From positions 160,001-224,000 of the forward strand of contig CAVPSJ010000017.1 in the NCBI GenBank assembly GCA_963708295.1: 64,000 nt of DNA. The letters are read 5' to 3'. The DNA is from an uncultured delta proteobacterium. GTDB taxonomy: Bacteria > Desulfobacterota > BSN033 > UBA1163. Shown piece after piece: positions 37,362-49,276 of the stretch (within the stretch, counting starts at the first letter, position 1; each line of letters starts with the position of its first letter). Position numbers and translations under genes: made by a program. The notes under the pieces are model-generated. The model worked only from the letters and a program-made list of their open reading frames with translations. It did not search any database and was not told the DNA's origin.

Positions 37362-38630
37362 ATGATGAAGTTTTCAGAACTAGATTTAAAGCCGGAAATT
37401 TTGAAGGCCCTGACGGATATGGGGTATCAGGAGTTGACGCCTATCCAGGAGAGGACCTTCTCTCCCATCCTGAGCGGTAAAGATCTCTTGGCCCGGGCAG
37501 AGACGGGCTCAGGGAAGACAGCCGCCTGCGGTATCCCGCTGGTTCAGATGATTGACGCCTCCCGCAATGCCATCCAGGCCCTCATCTTGGTTCCTACGCG
37601 TGAACTGGCACTTCAGTACGTGGAAGAAATCAGTAAGATATCGAAATTTATGGATGTCGTTCCTTTTGCCATCTTCGGCGGTTTCTCGATGGAGATTCAA
37701 AAAGGCAAATTAAAAGACAGGGTCCATATCCTCGTTGCCACTCCCGGACGATTGATTGATTTTCTTTACCATTCCACGTCGATTGACCTCTCTTGCGTTC
37801 GAACGCTGGTCCTGGATGAGGCGGACGAGATGTTGAAGATGGGTTTTGTCGAAGATATCGACTTGATCCTCTCCTGCCTGATTCATGAGCATCAGACATT
37901 GTTTTTTGCAGCGACGATGCCTGAAGAGATCAACCGATTGATCACGACCTATTTGAAAGAGCCCGTCAGAGTAGAGTTGAATAAGGAACAGATCGCTCCT
38001 GAGAGTCTTGCTCACCATTTTCAATACACGGGGCGTCATGATCGACTCCATGCCCTGATCGAATACCTGGAGACGGAAAAGGTCTCCCAGGCCATTATTT
38101 TTTGTAATTCAAGGCATCACGGTGAGACGCTGAAAAAGGAGCTCCAGGGAAGATTTAGATCGATTGAGTATATCCATGGGGGTCTGGAGCAGTCGAGGCG
38201 AACTTCGATCTATGAGCGGTTTCGCCAAAACCAGATCACCTTGATGGTTGCCACGGACATTGCCGGTAGGGGGCTCGACTTCAGCCATGTCAGTCATGTG
38301 ATTAATTATGACTATCCTTATCGCCTGGAATCCTACACGCACCGGACGGGAAGGACCGGGAGGATGGGACGGGCGGGCACTGCCATGACTTTTGTAACCG
38401 ATCAGGAATTGAAGGATTTGGAATCGCTGCTTAAAACAAACCGTATTGATCCCGTGTGGCACGGTGACGTCCCGAATCTTAGGGCTGTCCCCCGCGCCAG
38501 GCGAGAGGGTAAGAGGACTTTTAAGAGACGACCGTTGCCCGTCCCCCGAGGTCGAACGCTATCGCATAAGAGACATGTGGTCAACGCCCTCACTCCGTCC
38601 CCCATTCCATCCCCGATTTCGTCCCGATGA
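37362..38630 (+). CDS. DEAD-box RNA helicase
   Basis: Q motif, [35 protein letters not shown]. Confidence 0.95.
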   Translation: MMKFSELDLKPEILKALTDMGYQELTPIQERTFSPILSGKDLLARAETGSGKTAACGIPLVQMIDASRNAIQALILVPTRELALQYVEEISKISKFMDVVPFAIFGGFSMEIQKGKLKDRVHILVATPGRLIDFLYHSTSIDLSCVRTLVLDEADEMLKMGFVEDIDLILSCLIHEHQTLFFAATMPEEINRLITTYLKEPVRVELNKEQIAPESLAHHFQYTGRHDRLHALIEYLETEKVSQAIIFCNSRHHGETLKKELQGRFRSIEYIHGGLEQSRRTSIYERFRQNQITLMVATDIAGRGLDFSHVSHVINYDYPYRLESYTHRTGRTGRMGRAGTAMTFVTDQELKDLESLLKTNRIDPVWHGDVPNLRAVPRARREGKRTFKRRPLPVPRGRTLSHKRHVVNALTPSPIPSPISSR

Positions 38631-38722
38631 CAGAGGAAAGCAGGCTTACGAGGAGGAGGTCGCCCGTAGGGACATTGGAGAGAATGTCAGCGGGCAAAAA
38701 AGCGGAGTTGCGCGGGGAGGTT

Positions 38723-40525
38723 ATGAAACGCGAAGACTTGAGAAACATTGCCATTATTGCCCATGTGGACCATGGAAAGACGACAATTGTCGATGGTTTG
38801 CTCAGACAGTCAGGCACTTTCCGCTTAAACGAGAAGGTCCAGGAGAGGGTTATGGACAATATTGACTTGGAGCGGGAGCGGGGGATTACCATCATGGCAA
38901 AGAATACGGCGATCGAGTACAAGGGAGTCAAGATCAATATTGTCGATACGCCGGGCCATGCCGATTTCGGCGGGGAGGTGGAAAGGACGCTCAAGATGGT
39001 GGACGGTGTGCTGCTCCTCGTCGATGCCTCGGAGGGTCCTTTGCCCCAGACGCGGTTCGTCCTGAAAAAAGCCCTCGAGTTTAATCTCCCTCCCATCCTT
39101 GTGATTAATAAGATAGACCGGGCGGATGCGAGGATCCGTGAGGTATTGAATGAAGTTTACGATCTTTTTATTGACCTCGACGCCACAGAGAAACAGCTTG
39201 AATTTCCAATTGTCTACACCAACGCAAAGCTTGGAATAGCAAAACTCCACCCCGATGAGAATTCGAAAGACCTCCAATGCCTGTTTGAGCTCATCCTCAA
39301 GGCTGTCCCGCCGCCAGAGGGGGATGAGAAAAGTCCGCTTCAACTCCTCGTCACCAACATTGACTATAATGACTACGTGGGCAGGCTTGCCATCGGAAGG
39401 GTCTTCTCAGGTTCGGTCAAGATCGGAGACTGGGTATTGATGCTCAACGGCAAGGAGGGATCGATCAAGACCAAGGTGACATCGCTCTACGGGTTTCAGG
39501 GGCTCGAAAGAATAGAGATCAAAGAGGCCCGGGCAGGGGATATCGTTGCGCTGGCCGGGATTGAAGGGGTGAACATTGGCGACACCATCGCCGACATTGA
39601 AAATCCAGAGCCTCTTCCGAGAATTGCCATCGATGAGCCCACCATCTCCATGGTTTTTTCCGTGAATACCTCCTCTTTTGCCGGACAGGAGGGTAGGTAT
39701 GTGACATCGAGAAACTTGCGGGATCGGCTGGAGAAAGAACTTCTGTACAATGTTTCCATCAAGGTTGACTTTGATGCAACGGATTCTTTTAAGGTGATGG
39801 GCAGAGGAGAGCTTCAGCTGGCGATCCTGATCGAGATGATCCGGAGAGAAGGCTATGAGCTTTCTGTGTCGATGCCCGAGAGCATTACAAAAGAGATAGA
39901 CGGGGTTCTGCATGAGCCCATGGAGAATCTGGTCATCGATGTCCCGGAAGAATACATCGGAGTTCTGACTCAACAGATCGGAATCCGAAAAGGCAGAATG
40001 CAGAAGATGAGCAACAATAGCCACGGAAGGGTTCGGCTGGAATTCAGAATTCCCTCCAGAGGGCTGATTGGCTTTCGTTCCCAGTTTCTTACCGATACAA
40101 GAGGGACGGGTCTCTTCAATCATATTTTTGGAGGCTATGAGCCTTGGCATGGCCCTCTTACCAAACGCGCGACCGGAACGCTCGTTGCCGACCGACTAGG
40201 AAAAACGACGACCTACGCGCTTTACCACCTCCAGCCCAGGGGGACGCTTTTTGTAAAGGAGAATACACCCGTCTATGAAGGGATGGTGATCGGTGAGAAT
40301 TCGAGAGAGAATGATCTCAACGTCAATGTCACAAAAGAGAAGAAACTCACCAATATGAGGGCGGCAGGATCGGACGATGCCCTGCAGCTCATCCCGCCAA
40401 AACTCCTCAGCCTGGAGCAAGCCATCGAGTTCATTAAAGAGGATGAGCTGGTTGAGGTGACCCCGGCCTCCGTGCGTATTAGAAAAAAGATCCTCGAATC
40501 GAACAAGAGACCGAAGTTTGTTTGA
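38723..40525 (+). CDS. typA: Translational GTPase TypA/BipA
   Basis: [40 protein letters not shown]. Confidence 0.97.
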   Translation: MKREDLRNIAIIAHVDHGKTTIVDGLLRQSGTFRLNEKVQERVMDNIDLERERGITIMAKNTAIEYKGVKINIVDTPGHADFGGEVERTLKMVDGVLLLVDASEGPLPQTRFVLKKALEFNLPPILVINKIDRADARIREVLNEVYDLFIDLDATEKQLEFPIVYTNAKLGIAKLHPDENSKDLQCLFELILKAVPPPEGDEKSPLQLLVTNIDYNDYVGRLAIGRVFSGSVKIGDWVLMLNGKEGSIKTKVTSLYGFQGLERIEIKEARAGDIVALAGIEGVNIGDTIADIENPEPLPRIAIDEPTISMVFSVNTSSFAGQEGRYVTSRNLRDRLEKELLYNVSIKVDFDATDSFKVMGRGELQLAILIEMIRREGYELSVSMPESITKEIDGVLHEPMENLVIDVPEEYIGVLTQQIGIRKGRMQKMSNNSHGRVRLEFRIPSRGLIGFRSQFLTDTRGTGLFNHIFGGYEPWHGPLTKRATGTLVADRLGKTTTYALYHLQPRGTLFVKENTPVYEGMVIGENSRENDLNVNVTKEKKLTNMRAAGSDDALQLIPPKLLSLEQAIEFIKEDELVEVTPASVRIRKKILESNKRPKFV

Positions 40526-40585
40526 CAGGTGAAACGGGAGTTATTAACTTTAGGTCAGTAAGGGGAATGAAAGGAGGGGGTCTGT

Positions 40586-41020
40586 ATGGCGAAAGAAGAA
40601 AGAATTCTGGTACCCCTTGACGGTTCGCACTGTGCCGAAACCGTTATCCCCAGAGTCGAGGAGTTAATCGCTGGAAAGGATACGGGTATTTGTCTTTTGC
40701 GGGTTGTTTCTGCTTCCACTTTTCCAGGCGTCGACCCCACAGAGGCCCAGGTGATGGTCGTCCGGGAGGCGGAGGAATACCTCAAAGGGGTGGAGCATGA
40801 CCTCAGAGCCAGGGGATTGGATGTGGATACCCATGTTCGTTACGGGAATGATGCCGAGGAGATACTCGACCATGCAGGGCAGAAAAATATTGACCTGATC
40901 GCGATGTCCACCCACGGCAGGAATGGGATCAAGCGGTTTCTCCTTGGAAGTGTGGCGGAAAAAGTCTTGCGCCACGCGCCGAAGCCCGTCTTTCTCGTTC
41001 GATGTCCTGGATCAGCCTAA
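40586..41020 (+). CDS. Universal stress protein
   Basis: ILVPLDGS, DLIAMSTHGR..LLGSVAEKV. Confidence 0.93.
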   Translation: MAKEERILVPLDGSHCAETVIPRVEELIAGKDTGICLLRVVSASTFPGVDPTEAQVMVVREAEEYLKGVEHDLRARGLDVDTHVRYGNDAEEILDHAGQKNIDLIAMSTHGRNGIKRFLLGSVAEKVLRHAPKPVFLVRCPGSA

Positions 41021-41146
41021 GAAACGAAGAATAAAAACCGGGCGGGGAGATTCATCGTAAGAAGATAAAAAAAAGAGGATCGTTATTTGGATGGGTTCGA
41101 GAAAGAATGTTATCATCTTGAACCCATTTTATTTGGGGGAGGGAGA

Positions 41147-41677
41147 ATGAAGCGCCTACGAATTCCTATTCTGGTTTTCTTCCAAGTTTTTCTTTTTTCC
41201 TATGCGATGGGCCAAAGCGCCACAAAGGTGGAGGAATGGAAGATATCCAGCTCGGCGTTTGAAAATGGCGGAAAGATACCGAAGAAGTACACCTGCGATG
41301 GGGCAAATGTCAATCCCCCCCTGAAAATTGAGAATACCCCATCGAGTACAAAATCGTTAGCCCTGGTATTTGATGATATCGACGCGCCCAGAGGGTCCTA
41401 TGTTCATTGGATTGCATGGAACATGGATCCAGGTTTGAAAGAGATTAAGGAAAATTCCGTTCCTGAAGGAGGGGTGCAAGGAGTGAATGATTTTAAGAAA
41501 CGGAATTATGGGGGCCCTTGCCCCCCCGGGCGGGCTCACAAATATGTTTTTAGAATCTATGCGCTGGATACCCTTCTGAATCTGAATCCCAATGGCACGA
41601 AAAAAGATTTGGAAAAAGCCATGGAAGGTCACATCATCTCCCGTGCTCAGCTGACGGGATTGTATAAGAGAAATTAA
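41147..41677 (+). CDS. YbhB/YbcL (PEBP) family protein
   Basis: YTCDG, DIDAP..HW, YGGPCPP..HKY. Confidence 0.92.
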   Translation: MKRLRIPILVFFQVFLFSYAMGQSATKVEEWKISSSAFENGGKIPKKYTCDGANVNPPLKIENTPSSTKSLALVFDDIDAPRGSYVHWIAWNMDPGLKEIKENSVPEGGVQGVNDFKKRNYGGPCPPGRAHKYVFRIYALDTLLNLNPNGTKKDLEKAMEGHIISRAQLTGLYKRN

Positions 41678-41721
41678 GGATGTTAGAATTCAGAGAAACA
41701 AATCATAAACAGGGAGGATGT

Positions 41722-42687
41722 ATGTTCAAAAATCGCTGGGCAAAGAGATGTCTCGTTCTTTTTATCCTTTATTTCTTAGGCCTCTATGTTTTTCCACTGG
41801 ATGCTTTTGCAAGAGTGGGCGGGGGAAGATCCTCGGGTAGCCGTGGCTCCCGGTCATCAACGCCTCCCCGGTCGTATTCACCCCCAAGATCAACCCAGCC
41901 CTCTCCGCCTCCTTCCCAGTCTTTCGCACCTTCTCCACAACCGCAAAGCAGCCTTTGGAGGGGTGTGATGGGAGGGGTCATGGGAGGCATCTTAGGAGGG
42001 ATGCTTTTCAGAGGCCTGGGGTTCGGAGGTGATCAGGGGACCGAGGGAGGCGGGGGGATCGGGCTGTTTGAGATTTTGCTGATCGGCGCGTTGCTCCTGG
42101 GTGTCTACTGGTACTTTAAGAAGAGACGTCAGGCAGCCCTTGCAAATACGTATTATCAGAGTTCGATGGGAACGGCAGAGCCTTCCCATCAAATTTCCTA
42201 CGGGCAGAGTTATGACCAACCCCGTGAAGAAGAGCGGGACTTGGGAAAAGGGTTGAGTTTCATCCGGCAGATGGATTCCTCCTTTGGTGAAAAGAGTTTT
42301 CAGGACTTATGTATGGATCATTTTTTCAAGATTCAGGGAGCCTGGGCGAATAGAGATGTGTCTGGAGTAAGAAACTTATTGACGGAAGAGATGTCCGGGA
42401 TGATTCAGGGGGATGCAGAGAAATTGAAGACAGAAAGGAAGATGAACAGGCTTGAGAATATTGCCGTTCGGTCTGTGGATCTGGTGGAAGCCTGGCAGGA
42501 GTCGGGAAGGGATTACATTACCGTGAGGTTCTATGCCAACTTGCTGGATTATACGGTTGATGAAACGACGGGTCAGGTGGTATCGGGGAGCAAGACAGAA
42601 CCTGTTAAGTTTGAAGAGTACTGGACATTTACGCGGCCGGTTGGAAATAACCCGTGGAAATTATCTGCGATTCACCAGGCGGAGTAA
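41722..42687 (+). CDS. Tim44 domain protein
   Basis: ARVGGGRSSGSRG, Gly-rich TM segments, IQGAW, EYWTF.R. Confidence 0.9.
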   Translation: MFKNRWAKRCLVLFILYFLGLYVFPLDAFARVGGGRSSGSRGSRSSTPPRSYSPPRSTQPSPPPSQSFAPSPQPQSSLWRGVMGGVMGGILGGMLFRGLGFGGDQGTEGGGGIGLFEILLIGALLLGVYWYFKKRRQAALANTYYQSSMGTAEPSHQISYGQSYDQPREEERDLGKGLSFIRQMDSSFGEKSFQDLCMDHFFKIQGAWANRDVSGVRNLLTEEMSGMIQGDAEKLKTERKMNRLENIAVRSVDLVEAWQESGRDYITVRFYANLLDYTVDETTGQVVSGSKTEPVKFEEYWTFTRPVGNNPWKLSAIHQAE

Positions 42688-42712
42688 TGGATCTCACGCG
42701 TGTAACGACGGG

Positions 42713-43051
42713 TTACGCCTTCTTGCCGCTTGCAAGGAGTGTTTCAGAAATATTCTTCAAGAACAGAGCGCAAATACCCCATAAAAGGGGCAACCAGGAT
42801 GGAATCAAATAAAGGGGTCTTGAATACTCCCAGGCTCCAAGTAAAACTGCCACGGACTCTCCCAGGGGGCCAAGGACAAAGGTTATAAAATAGAAGAAGA
42901 GATCACTTTTTGTGTGCCATTTTATCAGCACCACGACACTGATGACACCGTAACAAACTGTTAAGATAACCGGTTTCTGCCAAAGCGATCCTACCAGTAC
43001 GATGCATAAGATGTAGATGCCTAATTCGAACACGAGTTCTTTCTTCATCAT
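42713..43051 (-). CDS. Small membrane protein (DUF2878-like)
   Basis: Hydrophobic; LGP..E...V..GAWEY, P.WLP.LWG. Confidence 0.65.
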   Translation of the reverse strand: MMKKELVFELGIYILCIVLVGSLWQKPVILTVCYGVISVVVLIKWHTKSDLFFYFITFVLGPLGESVAVLLGAWEYSRPLYLIPSWLPLLWGICALFLKNISETLLASGKKA

Positions 43052-43282
43052 CCAAGCATAGCAGGAATCCATCCCAAAGGATACTCTTATTTAGTGCCTA
43101 AGAGAAATTATCAGGCAGTTTACGATCTGTTTTGTCCCCCATGGAGATCTTTCCTGGAACCTTCCCCGCAGCAGGCTTCATCGAAAGCCAACTTACGCTA
43201 CCTGGAGAAGCGAGGTGAAATAGAGAGGATTTTTCTTGTCATTCTCCATCTCAATAGTTATAAATAAAATAAGGATGTAAGA

Positions 43283-45340
43283 ATGGAGCATAAACATACA
43301 AATCGGCTGATTCACGAAACCAGCCCTTATCTCCTGCAACATGCTCATAATCCGGTGGATTGGTATCCGTGGGGAGAAGAGGCCCTGGCGCGATCTAAAA
43401 AAGAGGACAAACCGATTCTCCTCAGCATTGGCTACTCCTCCTGCCACTGGTGCCATGTGATGGAGAAGGAATCTTTCGAAAATGAGACGATTGCGGGAAT
43501 CATGAACCTGCGCTTTATTAACATTAAGGTGGACAGGGAAGAGCGACCGGACCTTGACGAACTTTATATGAATGCCGTGCAGGTCATGACAGGTTCAGGG
43601 GGATGGCCCATGACCGTCTTTTTAACTCCTGACCTCATTCCCTTTCATGCGGGAACCTATTTCCCCCCTGAAGACCGAGGGGGAATGCCGGGTCTTTCAA
43701 AAATTCTGATGGTCGTCTCCGAATATTATCATTCCCATCGTGGGGAAGTGGAGAAGATGGAGGCGCAACTGAAAAATGCCCTCCATCAGATGGCTGAACT
43801 TAATCCTTCTCAGGAGGCCGTGAGTGATAAAGCTCTGTCGAAGGCTTTTGATGCTCTTGAGAGCCAATTCGATCCAATCTATGGGGGATTCGGAAGTGCC
43901 CCCAAATTCCCGGGCAGCATGGCCCTTTCCTTTCTTCTCCGGTACTGGAGGAGCACGGGCTCAGAAAAAGCTTTGGAGATAGTGGAAAAAACACTGGAGA
44001 AGATGGCTCATGGCGGGATCTACGACCATTTGGGGGGAGGGTTCCATCGTTATTCTGTGGATCAACGATGGCTCATCCCTCATTTTGAGAAGATGCTTTA
44101 TGACAACGCTTTGCTCTCTAGAACCTATTTTGAAGCCCATCAGGCGGCTCAAAAAGTGAGATATCGTCGCGTCGGAGAGGAAATCCTCAATTATGTCCTT
44201 CGCGAAATGAAGAGTCCGGCAGGAGGATTCTACTCCACTCAGGATGCGGATAGCGAAGGTGAGGAAGGGAAGTTTTATGCATGGACAAGAGACGAGATTA
44301 AAAAAATCCTGGGCAAGGAGAAAGGGACTCCTTTTTGTGCTTATTATGGAGTGGCCACGGAGGGAAATTTTGAGGGAGGGACAAGCGTTCTCAATATCAC
44401 TTCGACTTTAGAAAATGTTTCGCAGTTATATGGAATGTCTGTTGCAGAACTAGAGAAGTTATTGGAAGAGGGACGGCAGAAACTTTATGCTGAAAGAGAA
44501 AGAAGAGTGAAACCCGGCCGGGATGAGAAGATTCTGACCTCCTGGAATGGTTTGATGATTTCCGGTTTCGTCGATGGGTTTAGAGTTACCGGAAACGAAA
44601 AATTTCTGGAAGGTGCCGTAGGAGCAGCCCGTTTCATCCTCCGGGAGATGAGGAAGGACGGCCACCTGATCAGGGTGTTTCATCAAGGGAAGTCCAGGGT
44701 GAAGGGGTATTCGGAAGATTATGCCTTTTTTATCCAGGCCCTCATCGATCTTTATGAAGCCACCTTCGAGATGGAATGGCTGAAAGAGGCAGAGGACCTC
44801 AATCAGAGAATGATTCGTCAATTCTGGGATGAGAGGAATGGAGGTTTCTTCTTCACGGGGAAAGAAAACGAATCCTTGATCACTCGATCTAAGAATCCTT
44901 ATGACAATGCCATCCCTTCGGCGAATTCCATTGGTGTGGTTAATTTGATCAGACTGGGTTATCTGACCGGAGAAGAATCTTTAAAACAGAAAGCCGAACA
45001 GATCCTCCACCTCTTCTATAACTTTCTTGACCAACATCCCTCTGGATTTGCCCAAATGCTATCGGGCCTCTCTTTCTTCTTGGATCCGCAGGAAATTGGG
45101 ATCATCGGTTCAAAGAATAATCTTAAGACAAAATCCATGCTCAAAGAAATCTATCTCGCCTACCTTCCTAATAAAATTCTGAACCTGAGGGATCCTCAAG
45201 AACCGATCGAAGGAAGTTGGTTTCCGTTTCTGAAAGAAAAAGGGAACCCAGAAGTTCCAACAACTTTTATCTGCAAAGGATCCACCTGCTTACCGCCTGT
45301 GAGGAATGAAAAAGAGTTAAAGAAGATACTGGAAAAGTAG
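43283..45340 (+). CDS. Thioredoxin-domain YyaL/SPATA20-like protein
   Basis: [39 protein letters not shown]. Confidence 0.94.
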   Translation: MEHKHTNRLIHETSPYLLQHAHNPVDWYPWGEEALARSKKEDKPILLSIGYSSCHWCHVMEKESFENETIAGIMNLRFINIKVDREERPDLDELYMNAVQVMTGSGGWPMTVFLTPDLIPFHAGTYFPPEDRGGMPGLSKILMVVSEYYHSHRGEVEKMEAQLKNALHQMAELNPSQEAVSDKALSKAFDALESQFDPIYGGFGSAPKFPGSMALSFLLRYWRSTGSEKALEIVEKTLEKMAHGGIYDHLGGGFHRYSVDQRWLIPHFEKMLYDNALLSRTYFEAHQAAQKVRYRRVGEEILNYVLREMKSPAGGFYSTQDADSEGEEGKFYAWTRDEIKKILGKEKGTPFCAYYGVATEGNFEGGTSVLNITSTLENVSQLYGMSVAELEKLLEEGRQKLYAERERRVKPGRDEKILTSWNGLMISGFVDGFRVTGNEKFLEGAVGAARFILREMRKDGHLIRVFHQGKSRVKGYSEDYAFFIQALIDLYEATFEMEWLKEAEDLNQRMIRQFWDERNGGFFFTGKENESLITRSKNPYDNAIPSANSIGVVNLIRLGYLTGEESLKQKAEQILHLFYNFLDQHPSGFAQMLSGLSFFLDPQEIGIIGSKNNLKTKSMLKEIYLAYLPNKILNLRDPQEPIEGSWFPFLKEKGNPEVPTTFICKGSTCLPPVRNEKELKKILEK

Positions 45341-45363
45341 GGGCCGGCCTATGATTCTGTGAT

Positions 45364-45936
45364 TCATCTGATTCCTGCTCTGTCCCTGATTCTCTCGATG
45401 TCGAGCCCGTTGATCCATTGGATGAGATTTTCCCATATTCCGTGAAACCCGAATCCTCCCTGCGCCATTTCCTTCAGGGCCTCTTCCTTGCTCCAACCGT
45501 GCACGGCGACGCGGTAGAGCGCGCACATGGTTCCGGTTCGATCTGCGCCATGCTGGCAGTGGACAAGGACCGGACTCCGCTTCGGATTCATGACGATCTG
45601 CAGAAATCTTACGGCGTCCTCCTCCTCCGCATGCCATGCCTTCATATAAATGTGTTCATAGGCCAATCCGGCCTCCCCGATCTCGTCACGGTCCGAATGG
45701 AATGAACGTAGATTGACAACGGTCTCGATTCCCATGGCCTTGAGATTCTTCATGCCTTCCGCGGACGGTTGTGCGCTTCGATAGAGCATGTTGGAGACCT
45801 TGTGAAGGTTAGGAAGGCCTTCCATCTGCATCGGCACGGCCCAGTGTGCGGGACGATTGGTTTGAGGTGTTTCAGCCCCGTGGGCGGTATTGAGGAAAAC
45901 CAATGCGAAAATACTAATGGCAGCAATAACCTTCAT
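45364..45936 (-). CDS. Exported protein-tyrosine/dual-specificity phosphatase
   Basis: Signal peptide, LYRSAQP, HCQHGADRTG. Confidence 0.9.
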   Translation of the reverse strand: MKVIAAISIFALVFLNTAHGAETPQTNRPAHWAVPMQMEGLPNLHKVSNMLYRSAQPSAEGMKNLKAMGIETVVNLRSFHSDRDEIGEAGLAYEHIYMKAWHAEEEDAVRFLQIVMNPKRSPVLVHCQHGADRTGTMCALYRVAVHGWSKEEALKEMAQGGFGFHGIWENLIQWINGLDIERIRDRAGIR

Positions 45937-45940
45937 ATAC

Positions 45941-46165
45941 TTACGATCCCTTTTCAAGGCGTTCGGAGACCCAAACCTTGATGACAGATTGTCGAGGCAC
46001 GCCTAAACGTTTTGCTTCCTTGTCTAATAAGTGGATCATCCACAAAGGAAAATCCACATTTACCCTTTTCTGCTCTTGTTTTGGTCTCCTTCCCTTTGAC
46101 ACATCAAGGTATTTTGAGATATTTTTGCCTGCATCAAACTTCTTATCAAATTCACGGGCCTTCAT
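45941..46165 (-). CDS. CopG/BrnA-like antitoxin
   Basis: MKAREFDKKFD..KRVNVDFP.WM..LD.EA.RLGV.RQS; overlaps the toxin gene. Confidence 0.85.
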   Translation of the reverse strand: MKAREFDKKFDAGKNISKYLDVSKGRRPKQEQKRVNVDFPLWMIHLLDKEAKRLGVPRQSVIKVWVSERLEKGS

Positions 46166-46415
46166 ACAAATCGACCTCCTCTTTTCTGGATCTTCTGGAT
46201 GAAATAATCCTGATCTTCTCGCCTCGATAGGTGATCACTGCTGACCAATGTTTCCCTGATATTTTCCCAATTACCAAATATCTTGGTTCATCGCTGGTTT
46301 TTGCAGGTATCTCAATCAAATCTGCATCGTTCCACATGGCCTGTGTTTCATGAAAATCAATCCCATGCTTTGTCTTATTGGCGTCGCTTTTCTTAGGATC
46401 GAATTCAAACTCCAT
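46152..46415 (-). CDS. brnT: BrnT family toxin
   Basis: FEFDPKKS..NK.KHGIDF, EPR, IRIIS.RR. Confidence 0.88.
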   Translation of the reverse strand: MEFEFDPKKSDANKTKHGIDFHETQAMWNDADLIEIPAKTSDEPRYLVIGKISGKHWSAVITYRGEKIRIISSRRSRKEEVDLYEGP

Positions 46416-46549
46416 TGTATAATTATTATACCTTAATTATACCTTCCGTCAATACAAGAATTCTTGCTGATTCTAAGGATTGATTCTAAATTCGATCAAC
46501 GAAATAGCTCAGCAATCCGAGTGTTGCCCGATGTCCGTTGTAGAAAGAG

Positions 46550-47168
46550 TTATGGCGTCTCTGTGGGATAGGGGATGACGATGGCCCCATGCTTGAAATT
46601 ACCGAGAACCTCTGCCTTCCCGTGCAAAAACAACTGCCCGACAAGGGCTGCGGTAACCGCATCCAGCTCATCCCCCTTCATCTTGTTATTTAGCCCTTTG
46701 AGTCTAAGCTTTTCAAGTCCTTTGCGCAGCTTCGATAACCCGTCCTGCTTCCGGCCGGTATGCCATATATCTTGCGCAGCACCTGGGTAAACTTCAATGA
46801 CTGCATAACCCCGCCGGGTGAGGACTCTTTTTAAGTGGATACCTCGCTTTGTAAGTAATCTCATCGGACCGAGCGTAATTGGAAAAAAGCGGATGCCCCG
46901 TCTCAGTAATTCGCGATCGCAGGGACGAAAATGTTCGCCGTTTTTGTCTTCTATTGTTTTGCGTCCGGGCGGCAGGTTGAGGGGGGCATCTATAGCAATC
47001 AAAGCCGGCTTCTCTTTCCCAACGTAATCAATAATCTCCTGATCCGTATGGACGATGGTACAGGAAACGATAATTTCCTTCTTCAGCGTGCAGATACCCG
47101 TGTTGCGCTTCGGACTGCCAGCAAGGTCAACACCCACAACAACCCCCTCAGTACGATTCGTTGGCCAT
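46550..47168 (-). CDS. DUF429 RNase H-like protein (start uncertain, possible 5' frameshift)
   Basis: VGVDLAG, AIDAPL, R.CD, IEVYP, DELDAVTAA; ATG 47168 abuts the upstream stop but is one base out of frame. Confidence 0.8.
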
Positions 47169-47726
47169 TTAAGCCTTCTTTTCTTTATAAGCATATAAGG
47201 ATAGCCCACAGTGGCGGCAGGTCTTTCTAAAACTGAATGTGGCGGCCCGACTCGTTGAACTGGTGAAGAAGCCGTAGCCACACCTCGGGCAACGGCTAAG
47301 CAGATAGCGAAAGTTGATAATAGCCAACGGAACGACCAAAACAAGTACAATCAGCCCGGGCTGGCCTATCTGGATGAATACGGGAATCAGGAGAAATGCG
47401 GCACCCAATAATGCAGCTTCTCCAACCCACATCATCCATCTTCGTCGCCGCATCACCAATAGACCGCGGCGATGCACAGCATTGACCTCATCCGGAATAG
47501 CCGTTGGATGCCACTCAAAAACAGTGTTGACGAGAGGAAGACCTCCGTAAAAGCCAAAGGCGAACCATGCACCACCAACCAAAAGACCACCCAACAAAGG
47601 AAAGAGGTCAAACGGAGAAGAACGCACCGAATCAATGGCTCCTATAATGCATGCTACACCCAGCGCCATGGAGGGATACCGAAACCAGGCTGTCAACTTA
47701 GGTCGGACTGGATATTCTCGGTTCAT
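47169..47726 (-). CDS. Membrane protein with C-terminal CxxC..CxxC ribbon
   Basis: Four TM segments, RCPRCG...CRHCG. Confidence 0.7.
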   Translation of the reverse strand: MNREYPVRPKLTAWFRYPSMALGVACIIGAIDSVRSSPFDLFPLLGGLLVGGAWFAFGFYGGLPLVNTVFEWHPTAIPDEVNAVHRRGLLVMRRRRWMMWVGEAALLGAAFLLIPVFIQIGQPGLIVLVLVVPLAIINFRYLLSRCPRCGYGFFTSSTSRAATFSFRKTCRHCGLSLYAYKEKKA

Positions 47727-47847
47727 AAATCCATTCAAGAATTAATGGATGAATTTCAGATTTGTTTTGATTTTTTTTAATCCATTTTTTACCACTTTTT
47801 GATAATGTCATAAGGTGCTTTGGGAGAAAAATTGACTCGACCCACCT

Positions 47848-47940
47848 CCCCCTCTCCCTTGACGGGAGAGGGATGGGGTGAGGGTATATTATTCCCTTTT
47901 TGTCCCCCTCCCCTTCATCCCCTCCCGCCAAGGGAGGGGA
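47848..47940. repeat. Pair of REP-like palindromes
   Basis: CCCTCTCCC-ttgac-GGGAGAGGG and CCCCTCCC-gccaa-GGGAGGGG in inverted arrangement. Confidence 0.75.
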
Positions 47941-47990
47941 GATTCTTGGAGTTATACAAACTCCGTGCACCAGCAATGTTTCTTCAAATC

Positions 47991-48036
47991 TTGACAAGAT
48001 GGGATGAAGTGTTTATCTTTATGAAAATATTTTCAT
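47991..48036 (+). promoter_or_regulatory. Promoter with adjacent Fur/Zur-like operator
   Basis: TTGACA-17 nt-TATCTT followed by the perfect palindrome ATGAAAATATTTTCAT (48021-48036). Confidence 0.7.
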
Positions 48037-48053
48037 TCTATCCTTAACTTATT

Positions 48054-48500
48054 ATGAATACAGGACTTCTTAAAACCCTTTTTAGAGAGAAGAAGCTCAG
48101 TTTAAGCCATCCCAGGCTATTGATTTACCAGGAGCTTTCCAATGCCTCATCTCCGTTGAGTCCCTTGGAAATTTATCAAAACCTTCTCAAAAAGAAGAAA
48201 AAAGTCGGGTTAACCTCAATCTATCGATCTCTTGAGCTCTTTGAATCCCTGGGCATGGTCTTCAAAATCGCCTATGGTTCGAGTGTCAGATACAAGCTTT
48301 GTGAATTGGAGAATCACCACCACCATATTGTCTGCAAAGCTTGCGGGAATGTGGTCGAATTGAATTTCTGCGACATTTCGGATTGGTCGAAAAAGGTGAC
48401 CGAATCCACAGGGTATCAAGTGGTCGATCATCAACTGAATTTTTACGGGTTTTGTAAGGACTGCAGGCCCTTAGAGAGACCCCAGAGCGCAAAGAGCTAA
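48054..48500 (+). CDS. Fur-family (Zur-like) regulator
   Basis: SIYRSL, HHHHIVCKACG, FYGFCKDC. Confidence 0.92.
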   Translation: MNTGLLKTLFREKKLSLSHPRLLIYQELSNASSPLSPLEIYQNLLKKKKKVGLTSIYRSLELFESLGMVFKIAYGSSVRYKLCELENHHHHIVCKACGNVVELNFCDISDWSKKVTESTGYQVVDHQLNFYGFCKDCRPLERPQSAKS

Positions 48501-48547
48501 GGTTTTCTAACGCTATGCGCCATGCCTTTTCTTAAAGGGAGGGATCG

Positions 48548-49276
48548 ATGTCCCATATTCATTTTCCAGATGGAGTCTTACCTATTTGGCTTTGGGCCTC
48601 AGGATTTGTCGTTGCCATCCTGGTCGGGGGAATTCTTCTTCGACTGACCAAGAAAGAAGAGTTGACCAGACGGCTTCCTTTGCTGGGGATGATGGCGGCA
48701 GTCATGGTCCTGGGTGCTTCGGTCGAAATTGTCCCCATCGCTTATCATGTCAACCTGACGGTCTTTTCCGGGATCTTATTAGGACCTTCTCTCATCTTTT
48801 TGGCCACATTTGTCGTCAATGTTATCCTGGCCCTTTTCGGACACGGCGGGATTACCGTCATCGGACTGAACACACTCACCCTCTCAATCGAAGGGATATT
48901 GGGATACTATTGTTTTCGATTCTTCTGGAGAGTGTTCAGGAAGCTGGCGCCTGCTATTTTCTTGGGCACCTTCATCGCCTTACTCTTCTCCACCTTCGCC
49001 ATGATCGGTGTGGTGAGTCTGGGGACATCGCATTACCAAGAGTTGATCCATCAGGAAGGGAAGGGGATCTTTGAATTCCATCTTTCAAAAGAGAAGGAGG
49101 AGCATCATCCAGGGGAAGCCCCTGAAGAGAAAGTGAATCTGAGACGGTTTATGGCGATCGTCCTTCCTTTGGGTTTCATTGGATGGATCCTGGAAGGAGT
49201 GATCACTGCATTGATCGCTCGATATATCTACCGGCTGCGGCCCGACTTACTACGTTTAGAGAAGGAAGTCCCATGA
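48548..49276 (+). CDS. cbiM: ECF transporter S component, CbiM/NikM family
   Basis: MSHIHFPDG N-terminus, YH.NL, GILLGP, FGHGGITVIGLN. Confidence 0.85.
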   Translation: MSHIHFPDGVLPIWLWASGFVVAILVGGILLRLTKKEELTRRLPLLGMMAAVMVLGASVEIVPIAYHVNLTVFSGILLGPSLIFLATFVVNVILALFGHGGITVIGLNTLTLSIEGILGYYCFRFFWRVFRKLAPAIFLGTFIALLFSTFAMIGVVSLGTSHYQELIHQEGKGIFEFHLSKEKEEHHPGEAPEEKVNLRRFMAIVLPLGFIGWILEGVITALIARYIYRLRPDLLRLEKEVP